Origin: Alphaproteobacteria bacterium
Lineage (GTDB): Bacteria; Pseudomonadota; Alphaproteobacteria; GCA-2731375
Length of the DNA: 64,000 nucleotides
Assembly (NCBI GenBank): GCA_029936195.1
Contig: JAPYUH010000001.1
Span: forward strand, 10,741-74,740
Reading direction: 5' to 3'
The translations under genes and the position numbers were made by a program. Below, one piece after another: positions 20,528 to 30,953 of the stretch (position 1 is the first letter of the stretch; every line of letters begins with the position of its first letter). Below the pieces are notes generated by a model, which had not been told where the DNA came from, searched no databases, and saw only the letters and a list, made by a program, of their open reading frames with translations.

Positions 20528-20827
20528 ATGGACGTGGCGAATAGCATTGACCCCTTCATTTATCGCCTGGCGATATTCGTGCTGGCGATTTTTGTCGGCT
20601 ACTACGTGGTCTGGTCCGTGACCGCCGCCTTGCATACGCCGCTGATGAGTGTGACCAACGCCATCTCATCGGTCATCATCGTCGGCGCCCTGATCGCCGC
20701 CGGACCGATGGAAATGTCGTTTTCCAAGATCCTTGGCATCGTTGCCATCGGTTTGGCGGCGGTGAATATTTTCGGCGGCTTTCTGGTCACCCAGCGCATG
20801 CTGTCCATGTACAAGAAAAAACAGTAG
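20528..20827 (+). CDS. pntAB: NAD(P) transhydrogenase subunit alpha part 2 (membrane)
   Basis: 99-aa, three-TM protein lying between pntAA and pntB. Confidence 0.85.
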   Translation: MDVANSIDPFIYRLAIFVLAIFVGYYVVWSVTAALHTPLMSVTNAISSVIIVGALIAAGPMEMSFSKILGIVAIGLAAVNIFGGFLVTQRMLSMYKKKQ

Positions 20828-20839
20828 GGGCTCCGAAGA

Positions 20840-22222
20840 ATGTCCGCGAATCTGACGGCCCTGGCCTATTTGATTGCTTCCGTGCTGTTCATCATGGCCC
20901 TGCGCGGTCTGTCGTCACCGGAATCGGCCCGCAGCGGCAACGTCTACGGCATGATCGGCATGGCCATCGCCGTCGTGACCACGGTGATCAACCCCAATGT
21001 GGTTTCTTACGAATGGATTCTCGGCGCCCTGGTAATCGGCGGTGGCATTGGCGCCTTTATTGCCCGGCGTATCGCCATGACCGACATGCCGGAACTGGTC
21101 GCCGCTTTTCACAGCCTGGTCGGTTTGGCGGCCGTGTTGGTTGCCGCCGCCGCTTATTATAATCCCGGCGCCTACGGTATCGCCGATGCGGACGGTTTGC
21201 TGAAACTGGCCAGCCGCATCGAAATGGGTATCGGCGTGGTGATCGGCGCCATAACTTTTTCGGGCTCCATCATCGCCTTTGGTAAATTGAAGGGTCTGGT
21301 GACCGGCAACCCCATCACCTTTCCCGGCCAACACGCCCTGAACGCCGCCATGGGCGCGGTGATCGTCGTGCTGGTGATTTTGTTCACCATTGGTCCCGAC
21401 CCGCAATGGTTCTGGGCCATGGCCGTGCTGGCCTTTGTCCTGGGTTTTCTGCTGATCATTCCCATTGGCGGCGCCGACATGCCGGTCATCGTTTCGATGC
21501 TGAACAGCTATTCCGGCTGGGCCGCCGCCGGCATCGGGTTCACCTTGGAAAATACCGCGCTAATCATCACCGGCGCCTTGGTGGGATCATCGGGGGCCAT
21601 TTTGTCCTACATCATGTGCAAGGCCATGAACCGCTCCTTCATCTCGGTTCTGCTGGGCGGCTTCGGCGGCGACACCGTTGTGGCGGGCACCCGCAGCGAC
21701 AAGCCGGTGAAGGCGGGCAGTGCCGACGATGCGGCCTTTATCATGAAGAACGCCTCCTCCGTGATTATCGTCCCCGGATACGGCATGGCCGTGGCCCAGG
21801 CCCAGCATTCGGTACGCGAAATGGGCGATATGCTGAAGCAACATGGGGTCAAGGTCACGTATGCCATTCATCCCGTGGCCGGCCGCATGCCGGGCCACAT
21901 GAACGTGCTGCTGGCCGAAGCGAACGTCTCCTATGATGAAGTGTTCGAGCTGGAGGGGATCAATTCCGATTTCTCCAACACCGATGTAGCTTTTGTCATT
22001 GGCGCCAACGATGTCACCAACCCCGCCGCCCACGAACCCGGCTCCCCCATCGCCGGCATGCCGATCCTGGACGTGGACCGGGCCCGGACCTGCCTGTTCG
22101 TCAAGCGCAGCCTTTCGCCCGGCTATGCGGGCATCGACAACGAATTGTTTTACGCCGACAGCACCATGATGTTGTTCGCGGATGCAAAAAAAATGGTCGA
22201 GGATATCGTCAAGGCCCTATAG
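20840..22222 (+). CDS. pntB: NAD(P) transhydrogenase subunit beta
   Basis: Multi-TM N-terminus followed by the C-terminal NADP(H)-binding domain (YGMAVAQAQH, AGRMPGHMNVLLAEA). Confidence 0.9.
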   Translation: MSANLTALAYLIASVLFIMALRGLSSPESARSGNVYGMIGMAIAVVTTVINPNVVSYEWILGALVIGGGIGAFIARRIAMTDMPELVAAFHSLVGLAAVLVAAAAYYNPGAYGIADADGLLKLASRIEMGIGVVIGAITFSGSIIAFGKLKGLVTGNPITFPGQHALNAAMGAVIVVLVILFTIGPDPQWFWAMAVLAFVLGFLLIIPIGGADMPVIVSMLNSYSGWAAAGIGFTLENTALIITGALVGSSGAILSYIMCKAMNRSFISVLLGGFGGDTVVAGTRSDKPVKAGSADDAAFIMKNASSVIIVPGYGMAVAQAQHSVREMGDMLKQHGVKVTYAIHPVAGRMPGHMNVLLAEANVSYDEVFELEGINSDFSNTDVAFVIGANDVTNPAAHEPGSPIAGMPILDVDRARTCLFVKRSLSPGYAGIDNELFYADSTMMLFADAKKMVEDIVKAL

Positions 22223-22233
22223 AGTTCAGCCGC

Positions 22234-22881
22234 ATGTATCGATTTTTCAAACTCATTTGTATCCTGCTCCTATTTCACTTGGGCGCTGCATCCGCCACCG
22301 GGTTAAAGGACTTCGAATTCGCCAAAGTGCTGATTGAGGAGGAGGAATGGGCCGCCGCCATGAATTTCTTCGGCCTGGCTCTGGGCGAAGGCGTGCTCAA
22401 CAAACAGCAGACGGCGGAGGCCTATCATCTGCGTGGTGTCAGCCGCGGCAGATTGAGCAAACACCGCCTGGCCCTGCGGGACCACCAACGGGCGGTCAAG
22501 CTGGTGCCCGACTACGTTTCCGCCTGGTCTTCCATTTGCTATCAGCATGCCGCCAACACCAAGCAGCTTGAGACCGCCATGGAGGCCTGCGATCTTGCCC
22601 TGACCCTGGACCCCAATCACGCCCCCAGCTATGCCCTGCGGGCCGAGGTCTGGCACGGCAAGGGCGACGACCAGCGGGCCGAAGTCGATTTCGCCCGGTC
22701 ATTGCAATTGGACCCGAAAAACTGGGGGGTCTATTTCAACCGGGGCATTTTCTATCACAATCTGAAACGCCCCGACGACGCCAGGACCAACCTGGCCCGC
22801 GCCTATCGCCTGGCCCCGGTCTGGGAGCAGATGAAAATGGTCAACATGGACATCATCCGACAGTACGGTGTCGTGAATTAG
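22234..22881 (+). CDS. Secreted TPR-repeat protein
   Basis: Signal-peptide-like N-terminus followed by tandem TPR motifs. Confidence 0.7.
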   Translation: MYRFFKLICILLLFHLGAASATGLKDFEFAKVLIEEEEWAAAMNFFGLALGEGVLNKQQTAEAYHLRGVSRGRLSKHRLALRDHQRAVKLVPDYVSAWSSICYQHAANTKQLETAMEACDLALTLDPNHAPSYALRAEVWHGKGDDQRAEVDFARSLQLDPKNWGVYFNRGIFYHNLKRPDDARTNLARAYRLAPVWEQMKMVNMDIIRQYGVVN

Positions 22882-22893
22882 GCTGTATTTCCT

Positions 22894-24900
22894 CTAACTT
22901 TCCGCCGCTTCCAGAACCACCAGCAATTCGCCGTTGTCGACCTGATCGCCGACCGAGACGCGCATTTGTTTGATCGTGCCCGCGACGGGTGCGGTGATGC
23001 GGTGTTCCATTTTCATGGCTTCCAGTATCAACAACAGTTGGCCCAGTTCCACCACCGCGCCTTCCTCCACGTGGGTTGCGGTGACGTTGCCGGGCATGGG
23101 TGCGACCAGGCCGCCCGTGAATTCCGCCTGGGCGCTAGCGGGGAATCGGGGCAATTCACGCAATTCCATCCCGCCGCCCGCGCCATGTAGAAGCCACAGA
23201 TCACCGTCCCGGGTGACCAACAGGTTGACCCTGCGGCCATTGATCTCCAGATCGACGCTGTCCGGGTTGATCGCCTGGACCGTGACCGAATAGTCATGCT
23301 CGTCCACCACCGCCGTGAAGCTGCCGTCTCGTTGTGCCCGGTAGCTGACGGCGAGTTCCCCGTCGCCATGGCGAAAACCAACCCGCTCCGGCGGCATGAT
23401 GGAATTCCGCCAACCGCTTGCAATGCTGCCCAGTACCCGCGCCCCGGCGCGCCGCCCCGCCTGGGCGTGGATCGCGGCGGCGATGGCGCCATGGTGCAAA
23501 GCCAATGGATCAACCCCTCGGGTCCGGTCCGGTTTGATCCGTTCGATGAAATCCGTTGTGGTGTCACCGGCCATGAAGGCGGGCGTGCGCAAGGTGGCGA
23601 CCAGGAAATCGCGGTTGTTGGTGATGCCCTGCAGGCGGGTGTTCTCCAACACCCGGGCCAGCCTCCGCGCCGCCTCCGCGCGGCTTTGGGCATGCACGAT
23701 GACCTTGGCGATCATGGGGTCGAAGGCCACGCCGATCTCGCTGCCCGCCTCGATACCGTCGTCAATACGGGCGTTGGTGGTGGTATCGGGCTGCCAGGCG
23801 ATGACGGTGCCGGGGCTGGGCAGAAAATCATTGGCGGGATCTTCGGCATAGATCCGCGCTTCGATGGCATGGCCATTGATCGACAGATCCTCCTGGCCGT
23901 AGCCAAGCGCCTCGCCCTCGGCAATCCGCAGCTGCTCGCGCACCAGATCCAGGCCGGTAATCTCTTCCGTGACGGGATGTTCCACTTGCAGGCGGGTGTT
24001 GACCTCCAGAAACCAGAAATCGTCGCCATCCAGCAGGAATTCAACGGTGCCGGCGGAGGCATAGGCCAGCTTCCGCGCCGCCGATAGCGCCGCCTCGCCC
24101 ATGCGGGCACGAATATCCGCGTTCACCGCCGGCGAGGGCGCCTCCTCGATAATTTTCTGATGCCGCCGCTGAATGGAACATTCCCGTTCAAACAAATGCA
24201 CCAGATTGCCGTGCAGATCGCCCAAGATCTGGATTTCCACATGGCGTGACGAGGTCAGCCAGCGTTCCAGAAACAAGGTGTCATCCCCGAACGCCGCGCC
24301 GGCCTCGCGCCGGGCACCCTCGACGGCGTCCGCCAGTTCGGCCTCCGTCTCGACCACGCGCATGCCGCGTCCGCCGCCTCCAGCGGAAGCCTTGACCAGG
24401 ACGGGATAGCCGATCTCGTCAGCGGCGGCGATGGCGGCGGCACTATCGTCGCCTTCGCTTAATTCGCGGGCCGGCAGGGTCGGCACGCCGGCTTCCTCCA
24501 TCAGACGCTTGGCGGACAGCTTGTCGCCCATGGCGCTGATCGCCTCGGCCGATGGTCCAACCCAGGCCATGCCGGCGGCGGTGACGGCCGCGGCGAAGGC
24601 GGCGTTCTCGGACAGAAAACCATAGCCAGGATGCACCCCGTCGGCGCCCGTGCGCCGGCAGGCATCCAGCACCTTGTCCATGTCCAGATATGTCTGGGCG
24701 GATGTCGTCCCGCCCAGGGCCATCGCCTCGTCCGCCTCGCGAACGAACGGTGCGCCGGCATCGCCGTCGGCATAGACGGCGACGGTAGCGATACCCATTT
24801 CATGGGCGGTCCGGATGATGCGCCGGGCAATCTCGCCCCGGTTGGCGATCAACAGCTTGGTGATCGGCCCCCGGTTCAATCCTGTTGCTACATCCGCCAT
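22894..24900 (-). CDS. Biotin-dependent acyl-CoA carboxylase alpha subunit (biotin carboxylase + BCCP); methylcrotonyl-/geranyl-CoA carboxylase-like
   Basis: ATP-grasp biotin carboxylase motifs and a C-terminal biotinyl AMKM motif. Start trimmed to MADVATG (ATG 24900). Confidence 0.85.
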   Translation of the reverse strand: MADVATGLNRGPITKLLIANRGEIARRIIRTAHEMGIATVAVYADGDAGAPFVREADEAMALGGTTSAQTYLDMDKVLDACRRTGADGVHPGYGFLSENAAFAAAVTAAGMAWVGPSAEAISAMGDKLSAKRLMEEAGVPTLPARELSEGDDSAAAIAAADEIGYPVLVKASAGGGGRGMRVVETEAELADAVEGARREAGAAFGDDTLFLERWLTSSRHVEIQILGDLHGNLVHLFERECSIQRRHQKIIEEAPSPAVNADIRARMGEAALSAARKLAYASAGTVEFLLDGDDFWFLEVNTRLQVEHPVTEEITGLDLVREQLRIAEGEALGYGQEDLSINGHAIEARIYAEDPANDFLPSPGTVIAWQPDTTTNARIDDGIEAGSEIGVAFDPMIAKVIVHAQSRAEAARRLARVLENTRLQGITNNRDFLVATLRTPAFMAGDTTTDFIERIKPDRTRGVDPLALHHGAIAAAIHAQAGRRAGARVLGSIASGWRNSIMPPERVGFRHGDGELAVSYRAQRDGSFTAVVDEHDYSVTVQAINPDSVDLEINGRRVNLLVTRDGDLWLLHGAGGGMELRELPRFPASAQAEFTGGLVAPMPGNVTATHVEEGAVVELGQLLLILEAMKMEHRITAPVAGTIKQMRVSVGDQVDNGELLVVLEAAES

Positions 24901-26519
24901 GTGCCGAACTCCTTGGTACCCTTGATATTCTGGTTGTGGCAGATGGACAGCGCGATGGCGATGGAGGTGCGGGTATCGCGCGGATCGATCATGCCGTCGT
25001 CGGATACGCGGGATGTGGCAAAGAGGCCTTTCGAGCGCTCCTCCGCCCAATGTTCCACCACGGCGGCGCGTTTCCCATCGGCCTCCTCGTCGAATTCGAT
25101 GCTGCGCCGTTCCGAGGCCCTGCGCTGTACGATGGACATCACGCCGGCCATCTGTTTCGGCCCCATGACGGCGATCTTGGCGGTGGGCCAGATGAAGGTG
25201 AAGCGCGTGCCATAGGCCCGCCCGCTCATGCCGTAATTGCCGGCGCCATAGGATGCCCCGACGATGATGGAGATGTGCGGCACGGTGGAGTTGGCCACCG
25301 CGTTGATCATTTTCGAGCCGTTCTTGGTAATGCCGCCCTGCTCGAAATCCGTGCCGACGATGTAGCCGGTGATGTTGTGCAGAAACAGCAGGGGCACGTC
25401 GATCTGATTACATAGCTGGATAAACTGCGCCGCCTTTTCCGAAGATTCCGACATCAGCGGCCCATTGTTGGCGACAATACCCATGGGATAGCCATGCACC
25501 GAGGCCCAGCCGGTGACCAGCGTGGGGCCGTACAGCGGCTTGAACTCCTCAAAGCGGGAGCCGTCCACGACCCGGGCGATGACGTCGCGGATATCAAAGG
25601 GCACGCGCAGGTCTTCGTTGACGATACCCAGCAGCTCTTCTTCGTCGAACAGCGGTGCATCGTTGGGCAGGCTGGGGCCGGGGCCCTGTTTGCGCCAGTT
25701 CAGGTGCGAAACCACTTCGCGGCAAATGCGGATGCCGTCGATCTCGTCCTCCGCCAGGTAATCCCCCAGGCCGGAGGTGCGGGTATGCATCTCGGCCCCG
25801 CCCAGGCTTTCCTCGTCCGCGTCTTCGCCCGTGGCCATTTTCACCAGGGGCGGGCCGCCCAAAAAGACCTTGGACTGTTTTTTGATGAAGATGTTGTAGT
25901 CGCTCATGCCCGGCTGATAGGCCCCGCCGGCGGTGGAGGCGCCGAACACCACGGAAATGGTCGGGATGCGCATTTTCGACAATTCGGTGATCTCGTAAAA
26001 CAACCGTCCGGATTCGGCGAAATGGCCGCCTTCCCGCCGGATCGCCGCCTCCGGATCGCCGCCGTCTTCGCCCCGAAGATCAGCGCCGGCGGATTCGACG
26101 AATTGCACATAGGGCAGGCGGTTCACCCGGGCGATTTCCAGGCCCCGCATCAGCTTCTTGGCGTTGAACTGGTTAAAGGCACCGGCCCGGACCGAGGGGT
26201 CATGGCCCAGGATCAGGCATTCCGTGCCCTCGATTACACCCAGGCCAACAACGAAGCCAGAGCCGACGTTGAAGTTGGAGCGCCAGGCCGCCAGCGGGCT
26301 GATTTCCATGAACGGGCTGTCGCGGTCCAGCACCAGGGCAATACGCTCCCGGATCGGCATCTTGTCACGGGCGGCCAGGCGGGCCATGGCCTCTTCGCCG
26401 CCGCCCTGGGCGACCTCTTCGTGCAGCTCGTCCAAAATGGTGAGCATTTCCAGCATCTTGTCGCGGTTGTCCCGGTATTCGTCCGAGCGCACGTCAAGGG
26501 TCGAGTCCAAAATGGGCAT
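24888..26519 (-). CDS. Acyl-CoA carboxylase carboxyltransferase (beta) subunit
   Basis: About 540-aa carboxyl-transferase typical of MCCase/GCCase beta subunits. Overlaps the alpha-subunit start. Confidence 0.85.
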   Translation of the reverse strand: MPILDSTLDVRSDEYRDNRDKMLEMLTILDELHEEVAQGGGEEAMARLAARDKMPIRERIALVLDRDSPFMEISPLAAWRSNFNVGSGFVVGLGVIEGTECLILGHDPSVRAGAFNQFNAKKLMRGLEIARVNRLPYVQFVESAGADLRGEDGGDPEAAIRREGGHFAESGRLFYEITELSKMRIPTISVVFGASTAGGAYQPGMSDYNIFIKKQSKVFLGGPPLVKMATGEDADEESLGGAEMHTRTSGLGDYLAEDEIDGIRICREVVSHLNWRKQGPGPSLPNDAPLFDEEELLGIVNEDLRVPFDIRDVIARVVDGSRFEEFKPLYGPTLVTGWASVHGYPMGIVANNGPLMSESSEKAAQFIQLCNQIDVPLLFLHNITGYIVGTDFEQGGITKNGSKMINAVANSTVPHISIIVGASYGAGNYGMSGRAYGTRFTFIWPTAKIAVMGPKQMAGVMSIVQRRASERRSIEFDEEADGKRAAVVEHWAEERSKGLFATSRVSDDGMIDPRDTRTSIAIALSICHNQNIKGTKEFGTWRM

Positions 26520-26550
26520 GAAGATACTCCAGAACTATGAACTGATTAAG

Positions 26551-27636
26551 TCAGCGGCTGAACGCGTCGCCGTCCCGCCAGGGAGACAGCTGGCCGGCGT
26601 AAACTTCCGGCCCCTTGCGGAAATGCGCGGCTTCCTCCAGGGTTTCGACGAACGGCATGTTGGCGGGGTAGAGCCTGTCGCCCCTGGGCCGGGCGCCGGA
26701 TTTCGAGACGTGACCCCACAGGGGATGGCCGACAACTTCCTCGGCGATGGCGGCGGCCTCGATCAATTTGTCCAGATCATAGCCGGTTTCGATGCCCATT
26801 TCGTGACACAGATTGACGAAATCCTCGGTCGGCACGTGACCCGCCGCCCGGCCATTGCCGCAATAGGGGCAACCGCCCATGCCGCCGATGGAGGTGTCAA
26901 ATTCACGCACGCCCAGTTGCAGGGCTTCATAATAGCTGGTCAGGGTGGAGCCGCGGCTGTCATGCAGGTGCATGTGAAAATCGGTGATCTCGGGATATTT
27001 GTCCTTGATCGCCGTCAAGGTCTCGCGCACCTCGTGGGGCATATTCCAGCCCATGGCGTCCAGGAATGACAATCTGTTCACTTTGATCCCGGCGCCGTGC
27101 CATTTCCCAATCATCAGGTCGAGCAATTCCATGCGCTGGGCCAGAGTGAATGGTCCTTCAAAGTTGGAGCCGAAGGGATTGCCCAGGCCCACGGCGCCGA
27201 ATTCGGCGTCCGCCTCCTTGGCGGCGGCGACGGCGGCATCCAGCCCGGCGATCTGTTCGGCCTGGGTGCGATTGTAGTTGCGCCGCGCGAAGGTGTCGCA
27301 CAGTTCCACGTTGGTGCCGAATTTCCGCCCCCGCACATCGATTTTTGGATAGTACTGATCGGCCCGCTCGAAACCGCGCTTGTTGAAGATTGCGGCGGTG
27401 TACTTGATGCCCGGCTTGGGTACGAAACGCTCGGCAATCTCGTCAATGCAGGCCATCGACGGCGTCCATTTGGGTGAGGCGAAGGAGCCGATGGAGATAA
27501 CCTTGGCGCCGGTCTCGCCCAAGGCGTCCAGCAGGCGCAGCTTTTCATCCACGGAAATATCGGCGCTTTCGATCTGCAGACCTTCGCGCATGGTGTCGTC
27601 GGTGATCATCACGGATTTCGGCAGCATGGACATCAT
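26551..27636 (-). CDS. HMGL-like (pyruvate carboxyltransferase-domain) lyase, hydroxymethylglutaryl-CoA lyase family; unusually long C-terminus
   Basis: N-terminal DDTMREGLQIE motif resembles the HMGL RDGLQ motif. A TIM-barrel metal-binding H..H pattern is present. At 361 aa it is longer than canonical HMG-CoA lyase. Confidence 0.65.
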   Translation of the reverse strand: MMSMLPKSVMITDDTMREGLQIESADISVDEKLRLLDALGETGAKVISIGSFASPKWTPSMACIDEIAERFVPKPGIKYTAAIFNKRGFERADQYYPKIDVRGRKFGTNVELCDTFARRNYNRTQAEQIAGLDAAVAAAKEADAEFGAVGLGNPFGSNFEGPFTLAQRMELLDLMIGKWHGAGIKVNRLSFLDAMGWNMPHEVRETLTAIKDKYPEITDFHMHLHDSRGSTLTSYYEALQLGVREFDTSIGGMGGCPYCGNGRAAGHVPTEDFVNLCHEMGIETGYDLDKLIEAAAIAEEVVGHPLWGHVSKSGARPRGDRLYPANMPFVETLEEAAHFRKGPEVYAGQLSPWRDGDAFSR

Positions 27637-27685
27637 GGTTCCTTCCAGAAATTGGGTTCCGTCTTTCTAGCAAGTGACGGCGTTG

Positions 27686-29188
27686 TTATTCAAGGTAGTC
27701 CGCCACGGCCTGGCATTGCGCGGGACCGAGGTGCAGGCCGCATTTGCTGCGCCGCCACAAAATGTCCTCCGCCGTCACCGCCCATTCGTTGGCCACCATA
27801 TAGTCGATTTCCCGCGCCGTCAGGCCGGCTCCGAAGTCATAACCCAGATCGGCGGCGGTTCGGGCCTTGCCAAGGATTTCCTTGGCCAAGGTGCCGTGCC
27901 GCGCTACCAATTGCCGGATCAGGTTGGCGGAGATATTCGGATAGTCCGCGGGTAGGTCGGACAAGTCGGACAGGCCGCCTTCGCCACCTGGCAAGGGTGA
28001 CGTGGCCGTCCAGTTCGGACTCAAATTGGGAAAATATGCGCTAAGGCGATCCATCGCGGCTTCCGCCAGACGACGATATGTGGTGATTTTGCCGCCGTAT
28101 ATGGAGAGTAAGGGCGCGCCGCCGCCATCCAATTCCAGAACATAATCTCGTGTGACCGCCGAAGGGTCTTCATCACCATCACCGAACAGGGGTCGGACGC
28201 CGGCGAAAGACCAGCAGACCTGTTCGGGCATGACGCGGCGGTCAAAATAGGCGTTCACCGCGTGACACAGATATTCGATTTCCGCCGTGGAAATTTGCAC
28301 CGTGCCCGGGTCGCCATCGAAGGGGACGTCGGTGGTTCCGATCAGGGAATAGGCGTCCTGGTAAGGCATGACGAATATCACCCTGCCGTCGGTGTGTTGC
28401 AGAATATAAGCATGCGCGCCGCCGAACAGCCGCGGGACGATAATGTGGCTGCCCTTGATCAGGACCGTCCGTCCCTTATGGCTTGATCGGGAGATGACCC
28501 CGAGGCGCGGCAGCACCTCTTCCACCCAGGGTCCGGCGGCATTGACCAGCACCTTGGCCTGAATTTCAATTCCCCGGCCATTGCCGTCAAGCAAGCTGGC
28601 ATGCCAGATGCCATTCTCCCATCGGGCGGAAACCAGCTCCGTGCGGGTCATGATGCGGGCGCCGCGATGGGCCGCATCCAGAGCATTCAGCACCACTAGG
28701 CGGGCATCGTCGACCCAGCAGTCGTAATAGGCAAACCCCTTGCGCATGTGGCCGCGCAGCGGTTCGCCAACGGCCTCCCGGCGCAGGTTCAGGGACGAGG
28801 AATTGGGCAGCGAGGGATGCGGGCCCAGATGGTCGTAAATGAACAGGCCCAGGCGCACCATCCAGGCCGGCCGGATGGTGTTGACCAGGGGCAGGACAAA
28901 GCGCAACGGCCTGACCAGATGCGGCGCGATGTGGAGCAGGACTTCACGTTCCGCCAAGGCTTCGCGCACCAGGCGGAATTCGAAATACTCCAGATAACGC
29001 AAGCCGCCGTGGATCAGCTTGCTGCTGGCCGAGGACGTGGCGCCCGCCAGATCGCCCCTTTCACACAAGGCGACGCGCAGACCCCGCCCGGCGGCGTCCC
29101 TGGCCATGCCGGCGCCGTTGATGCCGCCGCCGACGATCAGCAGGTCATGCAGCAGGTCCTTCGGCGGGTCGGGGATCTGGGTTGCCAT
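27686..29188 (-). CDS. FAD-dependent glycerol-3-phosphate dehydrogenase-like oxidoreductase (GlpD family)
   Basis: DLLIVGGGINGAGMARDAAGRGL followed by SSASSKLIHGGLRYLE. ATG at 29188 is preferred to the upstream TTG (29266). Confidence 0.8.
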   Translation of the reverse strand: MATQIPDPPKDLLHDLLIVGGGINGAGMARDAAGRGLRVALCERGDLAGATSSASSKLIHGGLRYLEYFEFRLVREALAEREVLLHIAPHLVRPLRFVLPLVNTIRPAWMVRLGLFIYDHLGPHPSLPNSSSLNLRREAVGEPLRGHMRKGFAYYDCWVDDARLVVLNALDAAHRGARIMTRTELVSARWENGIWHASLLDGNGRGIEIQAKVLVNAAGPWVEEVLPRLGVISRSSHKGRTVLIKGSHIIVPRLFGGAHAYILQHTDGRVIFVMPYQDAYSLIGTTDVPFDGDPGTVQISTAEIEYLCHAVNAYFDRRVMPEQVCWSFAGVRPLFGDGDEDPSAVTRDYVLELDGGGAPLLSIYGGKITTYRRLAEAAMDRLSAYFPNLSPNWTATSPLPGGEGGLSDLSDLPADYPNISANLIRQLVARHGTLAKEILGKARTAADLGYDFGAGLTAREIDYMVANEWAVTAEDILWRRSKCGLHLGPAQCQAVADYLE

Positions 29189-29314
29189 GGCCCCAGGGTG
29201 CCACCTATTGGCCGCGCCGTCGCCCCACTTGAGACTCTTTGACAAAGTGGTGGTAGGCTTGGCCAACCGCGTTCGCGGCGTAATTCAGCGAAACATTGTA
29301 GAGAGGAAATCCCC

Positions 29315-29737
29315 TTGGAACCCGAATTGCTACGGCCCCTGCCGAAACCCATGACCCCCGAAGCCAAACCATATTGGGATGGTCTGCGGGAAGGAAAATT
29401 GATGTTGCCTGAATGCAACGATTGCGGCAAAGCGTTCTTTTATCCGCGCATCGCCTGCCCAAATTGCCATTCCCGCAACGTCGGCTGGGTCCAGGCCAGC
29501 GGCAAGGGCAAGCTGTATTCCTTTCAGATCGCCTACCGTGCCCTGAACCCGGCCTTCAAGATCCCGCCGCCTTATGTGTTGGCCATGGTCGAGTTGGAGG
29601 AGGGCCCGCGCCTGATGTCAAACCTGATTAATGTCGAGGCCGACCCGGATGTGATCAAGTGCGACATGGCGGTCGAGGTCGTGTTCGAAAAACAGACCGA
29701 CGAGGTCACCATCCCCCTGTTTCAGCCCGCATCGTGA
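29315..29737 (+). CDS. Zn-ribbon/OB-fold protein (DUF35 family), partner of SCP-x-type thiolases
   Basis: CxxC...CxxC rubredoxin-like zinc ribbon (CNDCG...CPNCHS) followed by an OB fold. Confidence 0.75.
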   Translation: MEPELLRPLPKPMTPEAKPYWDGLREGKLMLPECNDCGKAFFYPRIACPNCHSRNVGWVQASGKGKLYSFQIAYRALNPAFKIPPPYVLAMVELEEGPRLMSNLINVEADPDVIKCDMAVEVVFEKQTDEVTIPLFQPAS

Positions 29738-29785
29738 AACGCGTGGCCCGAACCAACGTGACAATTGAATTTATGGAAGCGTAGA

Positions 29786-30931
29786 ATGAAAGACTTATCC
29801 AACTCCGTCGCCATTGTGGGCGTCGATGAATCCGATGAAATCGGCAAGTTGCCGGACGTCAGCCTGACCAGCCTGCATCTGCAGGCGGTCCACAATGCCG
29901 TGGCCGACGCCGGTCTGAAAATTTCCGATATTGATGGCGTCTTCACGGCCGGGCAGCATTCCCCGGCCATGTTGGGCGAGGCCCTGGGCATTACCCCGCG
30001 TTATGTGGACGGCACCTCCGTGGGCGGTTGCTCTTTTATCATGATGGTCGGCCACGCCGTGGCGGCGCTGCATCATGGGCTGTGTGACGTGGCGGTGATC
30101 TCGCACGGTGAAAGCGGTCGGTCGGGCACCGGCGTCACCCGTGCCCGCGACACCTCGTTGAGCGGGCAATATGAAATGCCCTATGGCTTTGGCGGCGCGC
30201 CGACATACTTCGGCATGATCACCAACCGGCATATGCATGAATACGGCACCACGTTGGAAGATTGGGCCCGGGTCGCCGTCTCCACCCGCGCATGGGCTGG
30301 CTTGAACCCCAAGGCCATGTTCCGCGATCCCATCACGGTCGAGGACGTGCTGAATTCACCGAAACTGTTCTATCCCTTCAATTTGCTGAACATCTGCCTG
30401 GTCACCGACGCGGGCGGCGCCGTTGTTTTGACCCGGGCCGAACGGGCCAAGGACTGCGCCAAAAAGCCCGTCTATGTGCGTGGCGCGGGCGAGGGCACGG
30501 AGCATACCCTGGTCACCAATATGACAGACATGCCCATGAGCAAGGCAACCGCCATTTCCGGCAACAAGGCGTTCGAGATGGCCGGTGTCACGCACGGCGA
30601 TTTCGATCACATCATGCTGTACGACGCATTTTCCTCCGGCCCGCCGATGATGCTGGAATCCCTTGGCTTTGCCGAGCCCGGTGAAGGTGTGCGGTTCTTC
30701 GACGAGGGCCGCTCGGACCCGGGCGGCTCCCTGCCCATCAACACCAACGGCGGCGGGCTGTCCTACACCCATTCGGGTATGTACGGCATCTTCCCCATTA
30801 TCGAGGCGGTGCGCCAACAGCGCGGCGAATGCGGTGACCGTCAGGTGCCAGGGGTCAAATGCTCGTTGGTCAACGGCATGGGCGGCATGCTCTCGGCGGC
30901 GGGCACCATTGTGCTCTCACACGAGACCTAG
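29786..30931 (+). CDS. Thiolase-like protein (SCP-x/non-specific lipid-transfer thiolase family)
   Basis: Thiolase-fold N-terminus (VAIVGVDESDEIG) and C-terminal active-site region (GGGLSYTHSGMYG...NGMGGM). Adjacent to the DUF35 gene. Confidence 0.8.
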   Translation: MKDLSNSVAIVGVDESDEIGKLPDVSLTSLHLQAVHNAVADAGLKISDIDGVFTAGQHSPAMLGEALGITPRYVDGTSVGGCSFIMMVGHAVAALHHGLCDVAVISHGESGRSGTGVTRARDTSLSGQYEMPYGFGGAPTYFGMITNRHMHEYGTTLEDWARVAVSTRAWAGLNPKAMFRDPITVEDVLNSPKLFYPFNLLNICLVTDAGGAVVLTRAERAKDCAKKPVYVRGAGEGTEHTLVTNMTDMPMSKATAISGNKAFEMAGVTHGDFDHIMLYDAFSSGPPMMLESLGFAEPGEGVRFFDEGRSDPGGSLPINTNGGGLSYTHSGMYGIFPIIEAVRQQRGECGDRQVPGVKCSLVNGMGGMLSAAGTIVLSHET

Positions 30932-30953
30932 GGGAGCGGAGGAGAATCATCTG

